64,000 bases of DNA from a virus: the IMG/VR virus record IMGVR_UViG_3300032360_000003, positions 2,975 to 66,974 of that record. One strand, written 5' to 3'. Positions within the stretch are counted from its first letter, which is position 1; each line of letters starts with the position of its first letter. Positions 48,015-57,034 of this stretch are shown here, piece by piece. The position numbers were made by a program, and so were the translations under genes. The notes beneath the pieces were generated by a model that saw nothing but the letters and a program-made list of their open reading frames with translations, ran no database searches and had not been told where the DNA came from.

Positions 48015-48535
48015 TGAAATATTTTGTGATGTGTTGGGTGTTGTTGTGTGGTTGTGATGAATATACTATGACTGTAACTCAGATCATAAAAGATCCCGGC
48101 CAAGCAAAGGGGAAGTACCGTGTGTTGCAAGGTGATTATTTTGTTGATGTCCAAATATTGAATACAGATACAACTAGATTACGAGGCACAGTCCGTATAT
48201 TGAAAGGTGCATATCTACGGATAGAAAATGGTTCTGTCGTTTATGGTGAATTGGAAACTAAGGGGAAATTAATTATCGAAAAGGGTGCATTTTGTATCGG
48301 TGTTGGTACAATGGAAACGCCTATTCGATTTACATCTGATCAAGTGAAAAGGCCACATTTAGGTGATTGGGAAGGTATTGTTTTGAATGGTCTTACTCGA
48401 TTAGAGAATGTAGTGATTGAATATGCAAAAATAGGCGTAACTGTGAATAATGAGAGTGTACGGATATATAATGGATTATTTCGGAGAAATGGCATGGAAT
48501 GCAAAGGCTTAGAAGAAACTGTATGGAGAAGATAA
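48014..48535 (+). CDS. Putative lipoprotein with beta-helix (pectin-lyase-like) fragment
   Basis: LLCG-C lipobox; GT.ETPIRFTS...GDWEGIVL...IEYA. Confidence 0.6.
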   Translation: MKYFVMCWVLLCGCDEYTMTVTQIIKDPGQAKGKYRVLQGDYFVDVQILNTDTTRLRGTVRILKGAYLRIENGSVVYGELETKGKLIIEKGAFCIGVGTMETPIRFTSDQVKRPHLGDWEGIVLNGLTRLENVVIEYAKIGVTVNNESVRIYNGLFRRNGMECKGLEETVWRR

Positions 48536-48726
48536 TGCCTATTGATTATAATCAACTTTTTTTAGATAGTGGTACTGGAGTCAAAAAAAGTTGTAATGTT
48601 ATTGTTGAAAAATTAGATAAATTAATTTCCATGACGAAGAAGAAAGGTCAGAAAAAAAGAATGGAAAAATTAAGGAAGAAGGTTAAAAAAATCTATAAAT
48701 TCGCCAAGAAGAATAGATATTTATAA
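48535..48726 (+). CDS. Hypothetical basic protein
   Basis: Coupled ORF. Confidence 0.45.
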   Translation: MPIDYNQLFLDSGTGVKKSCNVIVEKLDKLISMTKKKGQKKRMEKLRKKVKKIYKFAKKNRYL

Positions 48727-48729
48727 AAT

Positions 48730-48737
48730 TATAAATA
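48730..48737 (+). promoter_or_regulatory. T4-type late promoter
   Basis: Intergenic TATAAATA. Confidence 0.6.
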
Positions 48738-48848
48738 CATATGTTATATGCAGTACTACTTTATTATATTTATTGGAAGATTTTTTTATCGGAAATCAGG
48801 TTACTGATAATACGGTTACTACAGTCGTTTGATTAGGGGGGCGATCTA

Positions 48849-49076
48849 ATGTCTAGTTTAGAAGGTGTATGCATAGAAGAAAAGTTATCCGTTTTGAATG
48901 AAGCAAAAACTAAGAAAAAAAAGGTTACTGTATTGGCTTTAGGTCAATATAATGTATGTGAAGTCAAGAGAATATGGTGGGATGATTTTGATGATATAAT
49001 TGAATTATTCATACCAGAAACAAAAAGGAAATGGAAAGTTGGTACTAATTCAATAACTCAGGTGAGAATGCTTTAA
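48849..49076 (+). CDS. Hypothetical protein
   Basis: AGGGGG SD. Confidence 0.5.
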   Translation: MSSLEGVCIEEKLSVLNEAKTKKKKVTVLALGQYNVCEVKRIWWDDFDDIIELFIPETKRKWKVGTNSITQVRML

Positions 49077-49092
49077 AAGTCTATATGTGATT

Positions 49093-49100
49093 TATAAATA
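49093..49100 (+). promoter_or_regulatory. T4-type late promoter
   Basis: Intergenic TATAAATA upstream of the protease/kinase/paralogue block. Confidence 0.65.
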
Positions 49101-49249
49101 ATATTGAGGAATCATATTATGAATACGTTATATAAATATTTCAAAATACGTTATTTTTTACTATTCATTTGGTATAAGTATTGGTTGCCATTGAGTATTA
49201 CTTTATTTTTACATTGGATTGTGATAAGAATTATATGGGAGATTATAAA

Positions 49250-50110
49250 ATGAACCAAGAACAATTGCACGAAAAGGTTTTGTATCCAGTTACTAGAGTA
49301 CGAACTGCAAAGGCTGGTGGTAGTGGAGTAGTCGTATATAGTAAAGAAGATCCTGATAAGCCGGGTGAATTTATTAATGTCGTATTAACCTGTGAGCATG
49401 TTATTTCAGATGCAGTTACAGTTAAATCCGAATGGGATTCCTTATTAAAAAGAGAAATCAAAAAGGACGTATCTGAAGAAGTTACAGTAGAAGTTTTTGA
49501 TTATATAGGTTCAAAAATAGCTTCGGCAAACAGTACCCAAGCTGAAATTATTGCATATGACAAAAATCATGATCTCGCCGCAGTTAGACTTACCAATATC
49601 AAGCCCTTAGATTTTGTTTCTAATATATATCCAGAAAGTGGTATTGAAGATCTAAAACTATTTGATGAGGTTTGGACAAGTGGTTGTAGTTTATTGCATG
49701 ATCCATTTGCAAATAAGGGTGAACTAACCTACTTACGAGAGATGATAGATCAAAAAGCATATTTGATGTACAATGCACCGTCAATATTTGGTAATTCTGG
49801 CGGAGGTTTATTTCATGGTAATAATGGAGAATTGCTAGGTTTGTGTTCTCGTATTACTAACATACAATTGGGATTTGGTATTGATGTTATGACATGGATG
49901 GGATTTAGTACGCATCCTGATAGGATATATGAATTTATAGAACATCAGGAACTGCAGTTCATCTATGATGATGATGATAATTACTATGATGCTATGGAAA
50001 GAAGAAATAAGAAGCAAAAACAATCATTGCGTCACTTGTTCTTAGAGGATAAGGGTGCAGACAAAGTACCAGAACCAGAAGAAACTAAAGGCGGAAAACG
50101 ACACGATTAA
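49250..50110 (+). CDS. Trypsin-like serine protease
   Basis: LTCEHV (His), DLA (Asp), GNSGG (Ser). Confidence 0.85.
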   Translation: MNQEQLHEKVLYPVTRVRTAKAGGSGVVVYSKEDPDKPGEFINVVLTCEHVISDAVTVKSEWDSLLKREIKKDVSEEVTVEVFDYIGSKIASANSTQAEIIAYDKNHDLAAVRLTNIKPLDFVSNIYPESGIEDLKLFDEVWTSGCSLLHDPFANKGELTYLREMIDQKAYLMYNAPSIFGNSGGGLFHGNNGELLGLCSRITNIQLGFGIDVMTWMGFSTHPDRIYEFIEHQELQFIYDDDDNYYDAMERRNKKQKQSLRHLFLEDKGADKVPEPEETKGGKRHD

Positions 50111-50120
50111 GGAAGAATCA

Positions 50121-51191
50121 ATGCAAACTTTCGAGGAATTTTTAATAGAGAAGCAGATCCTTTTCAATCAAGGAAAGAAGTACGGTCAGATTGTATTCAT
50201 GGCAGGTGGTGCGGGTTCTGGTAAAGGGTTCGCACAGAAAAATTTCATGGAAATTTCCAAGTTCAAGGTTCGCGATGTAGATGAGTGGAAAAGGGCCTTT
50301 ATGGAAATTTCTAGAATACAAAAAGATTCTACTGATTGGGAAGGGAACGTTAATCCGAAATATTTAGACAAAAAGGGTCGATTATTGGGTGATCTTGACT
50401 TGAAAAATCCAGACCATGTATTTGCACTTCATATGGCAGTCAAAAAAATAGGGGTCAAGAATAAATCTTTAACTCTTTTGTTGAAGGATTTGGATGCAAG
50501 ACATTTACCCAATATATTATTTGATGTAACGTTGAAGGACATGGATGATATTGCAGAAGTCTTACCAGACTTACACAAAGTTGGATATGATGCGAGAAAC
50601 GTTCATGTTGTATGGGTATTAACAAATTATCATGTTGCAGTAGAAAGAAACCAATCGCGATCGCGGGTTGTTCCTGATGACATCCTCTTAAAAACTCATG
50701 AAGGTGCTGCGAATACTATGTATCAATTGATACGGAGTAAGGGTGTTTTAGGACTAGATGGCGGGGTTCATGTAATACTGAACAATAAGGAAAATACTAT
50801 TTTCTATACAGATCCAGAAGATGCGAAAGGTACGCGTCGTGGTAGGAGAGTTGGTGATTCTGAATTGGATACTGGTCTAGGTGGAGTTTTTCTAAAGAAG
50901 CCGGCATTCCCTATAATCAAGGATTTCACCTATATTACATTGAAGCGTGAAGGACAGCCGTTCTATGATCAGGATGAAGTCAATCAACAGGTTTTGGATT
51001 GGATAAAGGACAATGTGCCAAGAACTAAGGAAACTCAACATTTTTGGGGCGGTGGTAATACCAATGAAAGTACAAAATTAAAAAAGGAAAAGGAAAAAAA
51101 AGATTACTGGTGGCTGAAAGATAGAGTTGATTATAATAAAAAGCAGGTGAATCCAAAAACCAAGTACTCTATAATAAAAAGAAAAAAATGA
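50121..51191 (+). CDS. P-loop kinase/ATPase (zeta-toxin/AAA_33-like)
   Basis: MAGGAGSGKG, DVD, FDVT, RN..R.RVVP; leader MQTFEEFLIE. Confidence 0.75.
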   Translation: MQTFEEFLIEKQILFNQGKKYGQIVFMAGGAGSGKGFAQKNFMEISKFKVRDVDEWKRAFMEISRIQKDSTDWEGNVNPKYLDKKGRLLGDLDLKNPDHVFALHMAVKKIGVKNKSLTLLLKDLDARHLPNILFDVTLKDMDDIAEVLPDLHKVGYDARNVHVVWVLTNYHVAVERNQSRSRVVPDDILLKTHEGAANTMYQLIRSKGVLGLDGGVHVILNNKENTIFYTDPEDAKGTRRGRRVGDSELDTGLGGVFLKKPAFPIIKDFTYITLKREGQPFYDQDEVNQQVLDWIKDNVPRTKETQHFWGGGNTNESTKLKKEKEKKDYWWLKDRVDYNKKQVNPKTKYSIIKRKK

Positions 51192-52822
51192 AATCATTTA
51201 AAGTATTTCTAACCGAAGAAACTCTTAAAACTGATAAGTTTGTATTTCATATAAACAGTCACTTTCCTATAAGTACTAAAATGCTTGAACGTATACAGGG
51301 AACTGCTAATGAACCTATGTATGCCATACATATAACAGATGCCACTGGTGCACCAAACTTACTCAGAATTCAAAATACTGCAAAACAAATCTCTGTGATG
51401 ACAGATCCTAGAGATCAGTTAAATTCGTTGGCATCTGGTGGAGTTGCAACTAGAGGTGGAGTAATCATGGTATTGCGTGGTTATCCTGTGTTAACATCTG
51501 AAGCAGATCTTTGGACTAAGTTGGATACGCAAGGTCGTAGGTGGATTAGTTTATCGAAATTGTATTTTCAGACCAGTAGAACTAACGATCCAGAAAGCCA
51601 CAGACGTAAATTGAAGCATATTATGCTTGATGCCCATAGACTGAAATTTGAGATTGTTGAGGATGTAATTGATAAGTTTGCTGATAAGGATGAGGGCGTG
51701 GAAAATCTTAGGCTTGCTTATGAAGAAGTTAATACAAATTGGGGCCAAAAGAGTTTTAAAGAGTATGGTGCAATTTCTGATTTTAAAGAGGGAGTTGTTG
51801 AGGGGGATAAAACACCATTCACTACAGAAATTTGGCAACATTTGCATTATGGCGTGGGTTCAAGAATAGGCAGAAGATATACTGCTATTCCAATATCCAA
51901 AAAGACCAAGGCTTATATTATTAGAAGCTGGTATGATGGCGTTGAAACTATTATGAAAAGAGGTGGTCTTGAAATGCTTGAGGATATGCTTGCTGATGTC
52001 GGGGAGGATTATAGATCATGGGATGAGATTTCGATGAATCAGTTTGAAGTACTGTTGATGGGTGTGACCAATGATTTTTTGGGCCAAGACATAGAAGATT
52101 TAGGACAACAGAATAGCATACCAGTGGATCATATATATGTATCTAGCAAGGGTGTACAGTTTGATGATACGATTCAATCAAGAGTTGGGGTCTATTATGC
52201 ACAGATAAGACAACAAACGCCGGATGCAATACGTCTGTTAATAGAATCCAGTACTGAACCAGCATCCGTGGATAGTGGTGCTGATGCAGTGCACTTAATG
52301 GAATTTTTACAAACTGGAAAAGTTAGTAATGATAATGAGTTTACAGATATAATGTTTTCATATGCTGGCGGTATCTATAAAGTACCATTTTGGGAAGTTT
52401 CTGGTACAACTAATAATTGGGCTCCATATGTGGATTGTCCAGTAATAGGTGATTCGTTTGATGCAGGGGATTTAGTTAATCCGTTGATGTATGATGAATT
52501 GAATGTTCAAGATGGGGATTATATCAATTCTCATCGTTCAAATGGGTACAATCCAGCACTCGATGTATTGGTAGATGGACTTGCAGTATTTGCAGATTTG
52601 TGTGATGGTAGGTATACAAATTATGAAGAAAAGGCATGGATATGGTTTGAAAATACTGGTTCTATGAGGGATAGGACTGCAGCTGGAGTTGCTGTTGGTA
52701 TTATTTTTGGGATTTTTAAATCAGATGATGGTTGGAAAATAGCACAAAGAGCAGCTGAAACGATGCGTCTATATTATGATGACTTCCCACAAGTACCAGT
52801 ACAATACTTAGAACAGGGGTAA
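51188..52822 (+). CDS. Putative capsid-internal protein, ART-like paralogue 1 with extra C-terminal domain
   Basis: MKSFKVFLTE; YAIHITD, GVATRGG, DTQGRRW, WDEI. Confidence 0.6.
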   Translation: MKSFKVFLTEETLKTDKFVFHINSHFPISTKMLERIQGTANEPMYAIHITDATGAPNLLRIQNTAKQISVMTDPRDQLNSLASGGVATRGGVIMVLRGYPVLTSEADLWTKLDTQGRRWISLSKLYFQTSRTNDPESHRRKLKHIMLDAHRLKFEIVEDVIDKFADKDEGVENLRLAYEEVNTNWGQKSFKEYGAISDFKEGVVEGDKTPFTTEIWQHLHYGVGSRIGRRYTAIPISKKTKAYIIRSWYDGVETIMKRGGLEMLEDMLADVGEDYRSWDEISMNQFEVLLMGVTNDFLGQDIEDLGQQNSIPVDHIYVSSKGVQFDDTIQSRVGVYYAQIRQQTPDAIRLLIESSTEPASVDSGADAVHLMEFLQTGKVSNDNEFTDIMFSYAGGIYKVPFWEVSGTTNNWAPYVDCPVIGDSFDAGDLVNPLMYDELNVQDGDYINSHRSNGYNPALDVLVDGLAVFADLCDGRYTNYEEKAWIWFENTGSMRDRTAAGVAVGIIFGIFKSDDGWKIAQRAAETMRLYYDDFPQVPVQYLEQG

Positions 52823-52825
52823 CAA

Positions 52826-53068
52826 ATGAAGAACTTTAAAGAATATATAACAGAAGCAGGATTTTCCCCAAGTCAGATTAAGAAGTTAAGAGCAGAATGG
52901 GGTAAGATAGAACTTATTGATCCAACTTCTAAAACCTATAAAAGATTGGATGATATGCTAGAAAAGATGAGCATTGAGGATTTGGAAAAGATAATTGATG
53001 CCAAGATCAAATTTGTCTCTAGTCTGGCACTTGCAAAGGTAGTCAGGAAGAAGCGTGGGGTAAAATGA
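52826..53068 (+). CDS. Small putative internal head protein
   Basis: MKNFKEYITE leader. Confidence 0.6.
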   Translation: MKNFKEYITEAGFSPSQIKKLRAEWGKIELIDPTSKTYKRLDDMLEKMSIEDLEKIIDAKIKFVSSLALAKVVRKKRGVK

Positions 53069-54000
53069 AATCTTTCAAGCAATATCTAATTGAAGGTAGT
53101 GATACATCTGTCAACGAGATAATTTTTGAGAGTGATGATGCCGATGTTCTAATTCCATTATCGCAAACTGTATGGGAGAGACTTACAGGCGAGAAAAAAG
53201 ACAAATATGCTGTTCATATCACAGATTTAGAAGGGCTGGATAGTATCAAGCGTATTTCTGGTAGTAAAAAAGGTGTTCCTGCAATGTCAGATACCAGTGA
53301 TAAGGTAATTAAATCTTTTGTTGATACCAAGTATGGTGTATTGACTGAGGGTGGCGTTTGGGTTGTTTTAAAAGGAAAGCCTGTTGTTGAAATGGGTATG
53401 GATTATGGTACTTGGAGAGACACTCAGGGTAGAAGATGGCTAAATATTACGCATAAGATGGATAGATTTGGAGATTTGCAGCACAAGATGGTAACAGGAT
53501 TTAGGGATTTGCGTGAGGACATCTATATGGAAGTCATAGTTATGCAAGATGACAATCCAGAGTTGCAGAAAAAGATGGGTTCCTTTGATCCAGAAGATCC
53601 AGACCGCTGGCGAACAGATAATGTGTATAATTTCAATCATATTGGTGGGGTTAATAGTAGGGGTACTGGTAAGGAAAAGGCACTTGCGATAAAGATGTTT
53701 GTTGATGGTGCAGAAAAACTCGTTAAAGAAAATTTACGAGAGATACAGATAATGATTACAACGCCAAGTAGTATGAGATATCATGCGGATTGGGATGAAA
53801 TAATAATGACCAAATTCAAAATTGATAGAATTGTGATAGAGTATCGTCAATATAAGAATATGACTATGGATGTTGATCAGATGGTCAAAAAATATAGAGC
53901 AGCAGTGTTCATTGCTGGTGGAATTGGATCGGGTAATGATAAAATAATTTCTGCAATAAAGAAGCAGGCATTCGATTATGTAAGGTCTAAAAACAAATGA
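53065..54000 (+). CDS. Putative capsid-internal protein, ART-like paralogue 2
   Basis: MKSFKQYLIE; YAVHITD, GVLTEGG, DTQGRRW, WDEI. Confidence 0.6.
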   Translation: MKSFKQYLIEGSDTSVNEIIFESDDADVLIPLSQTVWERLTGEKKDKYAVHITDLEGLDSIKRISGSKKGVPAMSDTSDKVIKSFVDTKYGVLTEGGVWVVLKGKPVVEMGMDYGTWRDTQGRRWLNITHKMDRFGDLQHKMVTGFRDLREDIYMEVIVMQDDNPELQKKMGSFDPEDPDRWRTDNVYNFNHIGGVNSRGTGKEKALAIKMFVDGAEKLVKENLREIQIMITTPSSMRYHADWDEIIMTKFKIDRIVIEYRQYKNMTMDVDQMVKKYRAAVFIAGGIGSGNDKIISAIKKQAFDYVRSKNK

Positions 54001-54956
54001 AAAACTTTAAAGATTTTCTATTAGCAGAGAATTCTCAATCTTGGTCTGTCAAAGATCTCATATTCGGAGAGGTCGCTAGAACCTATGTTCATATACCACT
54101 ATCTCTACCTATGTGGAAGCGTATAACAGAAGTGAAGAATATGTATGGGGTACATTCAACCACTATAAATGGCATGGAAAAATTGGTTAAGTTGCAAGGC
54201 AGCTCCGCACAGATATCTACTGTTGATTGGGCATCAAAGGACGGAATCGAAACATTGGTATCTGGTATCGCAACAGAGGGTGGGGCAGTGGCACTTATTA
54301 AGGGATTGGCTATCTTTGAAGCAGATGAAGATATTTATAGCTATCAGGACAATCAGGGTCGGAGATGGGTCGAAATAATGAATTTTAAGGATGCATTTCC
54401 CACTATAGGTAATGAAATTGATAAGATAAAGCTCAAAATTATCAATAGACTAGAGCCAGAGCTTTCAAAATTGTGGCAAAAGGAATATGGTAAGCCATTA
54501 ACTCAAGGTTCGTTTCCAGATCTAGCAAGGTTTGGTAGTACTGCAAATAAGGCAATTAGAATGTTCTTTGATGAGATTGAAAGGTTCCTTAAAAAGACTT
54601 CTACTCAAGGTAAGATTAAAAATGCATTCAAAATGAAAAGTGCTGAAGATCCATCTGTAACTGCTTGGAATGAGAATATCATAACCAAATTCAAGATAGA
54701 AACGATTATATTCAACAAAAAGAGATTGACAGTCAGGTTCAAAGATGTTGATCAAGGCGGAGAATATGATGCCAGTGATGTTCTTGCGAAGTTGTTCCCA
54801 AATGATCCAGTTGCAACCGATAGAGAGCCACTCAGTCCATTTTTAGAAAAGCTCCGTAAGAAAGTTGGTGCAATAATACTGGTACCGCAAGATGATTATA
54901 AACAGCGCGTTAAGGAATTAGTAGATACTGCTAATATGATGAATAAAAGATTATAA
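53997..54956 (+). CDS. Putative capsid-internal protein, ART-like paralogue 3
   Basis: MKNFKDFLLAE; YGVHSTT, GIATEGG, DNQGRRW, WNEN. Confidence 0.6.
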   Translation: MKNFKDFLLAENSQSWSVKDLIFGEVARTYVHIPLSLPMWKRITEVKNMYGVHSTTINGMEKLVKLQGSSAQISTVDWASKDGIETLVSGIATEGGAVALIKGLAIFEADEDIYSYQDNQGRRWVEIMNFKDAFPTIGNEIDKIKLKIINRLEPELSKLWQKEYGKPLTQGSFPDLARFGSTANKAIRMFFDEIERFLKKTSTQGKIKNAFKMKSAEDPSVTAWNENIITKFKIETIIFNKKRLTVRFKDVDQGGEYDASDVLAKLFPNDPVATDREPLSPFLEKLRKKVGAIILVPQDDYKQRVKELVDTANMMNKRL

Positions 54957-54967
54957 ATAATTGTGAT

Positions 54968-55381
54968 ATGGATTATGGTCATTGGACAACTGAGATTGAT
55001 TTTGAATTTGATGAATGGTTTGGTTTTGTATATGAGATTATTCATAAAGAAACTGGACGTTCATATATTGGTAAGAAACAATTCAATTTTACAAATAGAA
55101 AAAAAGTCAAAGGTCGAATAAATAGAAAGAAGGTGATCAAAGAATCTGATTGGAAAACTTACACTGGTTCGTGTAAAGAATTGAATGAAGAAATTACAGA
55201 AATTGGTAAAGAACAGTACAAATTTGTTATTATCAAATTATGTAAAACAAAGCGTGAATTGGGTTATACAGAAACCGAATTACAAATAAAGAATGATGTT
55301 TTAACATCAAAATTTTCTGATGGTATTAGGAAATATTATAATTCAAATATAATGAATAGATGGTTTACTGAGAAGGAGTAG
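54968..55381 (+). CDS. GIY-YIG-family endonuclease
   Basis: GFVYEI...YIGKK...ESDWKTYTGS; TATAAATA at 54952. Confidence 0.8.
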   Translation: MDYGHWTTEIDFEFDEWFGFVYEIIHKETGRSYIGKKQFNFTNRKKVKGRINRKKVIKESDWKTYTGSCKELNEEITEIGKEQYKFVIIKLCKTKRELGYTETELQIKNDVLTSKFSDGIRKYYNSNIMNRWFTEKE

Positions 55382-55544
55382 AAATGAAGATTGACATTAG
55401 CAAGTTAGATTTGGAAAAATTAGATGAAGATAGTTTGGAGAGGGCAAAATCCAAGAGTAAGATTAAGAGGTTTAGTAGTGGAATAGAGCGTAATAAAAAA
55501 GAATTAAATTGGAAAAAGACCCGTAAGCAGCATAGTCGTAATCG

Positions 55545-55754
55545 ATGAGATTTAGACCAAAAAAACTTGTTAAAAAATTGGGTGAAGTTGGTGCAAAGGT
55601 TGCAATGACAGCATCACCGATACCTATACCAGATTCAATTAAGGATACGATTACAGGTGAAGTTGATAAAATTGGTGAAGTTTTAAAAACGGTAAAAAAT
55701 ATTGAGGAGCAATTAGAGATACTAATTGAACTTTTAGAATTGGCAACTGAATAA
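55545..55754 (+). CDS. Hypothetical protein
   Basis: Short ORF in operon context. Confidence 0.45.
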   Translation: MRFRPKKLVKKLGEVGAKVAMTASPIPIPDSIKDTITGEVDKIGEVLKTVKNIEEQLEILIELLELATE

Positions 55755-55768
55755 GGAGTGATTACACA

Positions 55769-56008
55769 ATGAATGGTTTGGGCAGTAAAATAATAGATGC
55801 ATCTAAAAGAGACTATCAAGGGCAATTGGCAAAGATATTTGCAAATTTAGAAATACTTTGTAATCATCCTGTTGGTATTGGAGAGCACACTGATATAGTT
55901 AGAGAAGTACAAACCTATATTGAAAAAATTCATGATCTTGAAGGATGTATTCAAGTTATAGACAACATAGAAAAACAATTAAAGCAGACTCATGCTTCAA
56001 TGAATTAA
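55769..56008 (+). CDS. Conserved phage hypothetical protein
   Basis: HPVGIGEH.DIV motif; AAGGAG SD. Confidence 0.65.
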   Translation: MNGLGSKIIDASKRDYQGQLAKIFANLEILCNHPVGIGEHTDIVREVQTYIEKIHDLEGCIQVIDNIEKQLKQTHASMN

Positions 56009-56021
56009 TCGAAAATGGACG

Positions 56022-56056
56022 AAATACCCAACCAAGATGGTTGGGTATTTTTTTTT
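56022..56056 (+). terminator. Rho-independent terminator
   Basis: AAATACCCAACC-AAGAT-GGTTGGGTATTT followed by a T tract. Confidence 0.9.
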
Positions 56057-56075
56057 GAAAAAAAGTGAAATTAGA

Positions 56076-56110
56076 CTAAACCTTTTGGGTTTTATTTCGT
56101 CTAATATAGT
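56076..56110 (+). repeat. ECF-sigma-like promoter repeat, copy 2
   Basis: CTAAAC-16-CGTCTAATATAGT. Confidence 0.75.
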
Positions 56111-56139
56111 AGAGACAACAAACAAAGGAGAGTTGCAAA

Positions 56140-56307
56140 ATGGCAAAAATACCAGAAGAAATCATGAATGGTTCGAGCCATACTCTGGGCATTTACATTG
56201 ACAATATGATTCTTAGAGGACGTATTGTAGAATTACAAAAAGAAATCGCAGAATTGAAAAAAAAGTTAGAAAAAAATACCACCCCCGACATCAGGTGTCG
56301 GGGTTAA
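56140..56307 (+). CDS. Small coiled-coil protein (55 aa, not in ORF track)
   Basis: AAGGAG SD downstream of repeat copy 2. Confidence 0.55.
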   Translation: MAKIPEEIMNGSSHTLGIYIDNMILRGRIVELQKEIAELKKKLEKNTTPDIRCRG

Positions 56308-56334
56308 ATGGTATAATAGTAGTATTACAAACAA

Positions 56335-56523
56335 TTGGAGAATTTAATGAAAAGTTTTGTGTGGATTGAATCAACTGATGATAATATTGTAGTTCGTGTT
56401 AAGATGACAGGTGAAGTATCATTACGATATACCAGAATAGATCTCGCGTGTCGTGGTCTAATTACTGATAAGAATTCTGAGTATATTTTACCATCAGGAA
56501 AAATTTACAAATTTGAAAAATAA
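56335..56523 (+). CDS. Hypothetical protein
   Basis: Follows an extended -10 TGGTATAAT; GGAG SD. Confidence 0.5.
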   Translation: MENLMKSFVWIESTDDNIVVRVKMTGEVSLRYTRIDLACRGLITDKNSEYILPSGKIYKFEK

Positions 56524-56536
56524 AAGTGAAATTAGA

Positions 56537-56574
56537 CTAAACCTTTTGGGTTTTAATACGTCTAATATAGTGTA
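56537..56574 (+). repeat. ECF-sigma-like promoter repeat, copy 3
   Basis: Identical core to copy 4. Confidence 0.75.
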
Positions 56575-56601
56575 AGAACAAAGTTGAGAGGTTACTAAAG
56601 A

Positions 56602-56754
56602 ATGAAAACGTATTTGTTGATATTTGGGATGTTGTTTTGTATGGGTTGCATGAGTAGTATCACTCGCATCGATATGGAAAAAACTGATAAGCGTGATGTC
56701 CATCAGAGAGTCTTTGATGAGATGGACAAGATGTTTGATACATTTAAGAATTAA
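56602..56754 (+). CDS. Small lipoprotein (50 aa, not in ORF track)
   Basis: MKTYLLIFGMLFCMG-C; GAGG SD. Confidence 0.55.
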   Translation: MKTYLLIFGMLFCMGCMSSITRIDMEKTDKRDVHQRVFDEMDKMFDTFKN

Positions 56755-56776
56755 AGTTGAAAAAAGTGAAATTAGA

Positions 56777-56814
56777 CTAAACCTTTTGGGTTTTAATACG
56801 TCTAATATAGTGTA
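56777..56814 (+). repeat. ECF-sigma-like promoter repeat, copy 4
   Basis: CTAAAC-16-CGTCTAATATAGTGTA. Confidence 0.75.
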
Positions 56815-56836
56815 GACAACAAACAAAGGATATAAT

Positions 56837-57028
56837 ATGAAATTAGGTGAATTAGTCAAGAAGTTACAAGAGTTGGAAACGCAACACGGTTCCGATACGA
56901 ATATCGAATTCAACATCGACGCAGGTGATTGGTCGAGTGATGAAGATGCAATTGCACACGAAATAGATCAAACGCATGATTGGGAAGATGTCAAAAATCA
57001 AAAATGGGTCAACATCTACTTGAGGTAA
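56837..57028 (+). CDS. Hypothetical early protein
   Basis: AAGGA SD after repeat copy 4. Confidence 0.6.
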   Translation: MKLGELVKKLQELETQHGSDTNIEFNIDAGDWSSDEDAIAHEIDQTHDWEDVKNQKWVNIYLR

Positions 57029-57034
57029 TATGAT

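Noticed and set aside
54968-55381. Mobile homing endonuclease or intron
   Set aside because: Free-standing, short, with no evident DNA-binding extension; no interrupted gene nearby.
56071-56814. Repeats as integron attC sites (TTAGAC...GTCTAA inverted ends)
   Set aside because: Core boxes are in the wrong order and deviate from RYYYAAC/GTTRRRY; the inverted ends are missing in copies 1, 5 and 6; no integrase.
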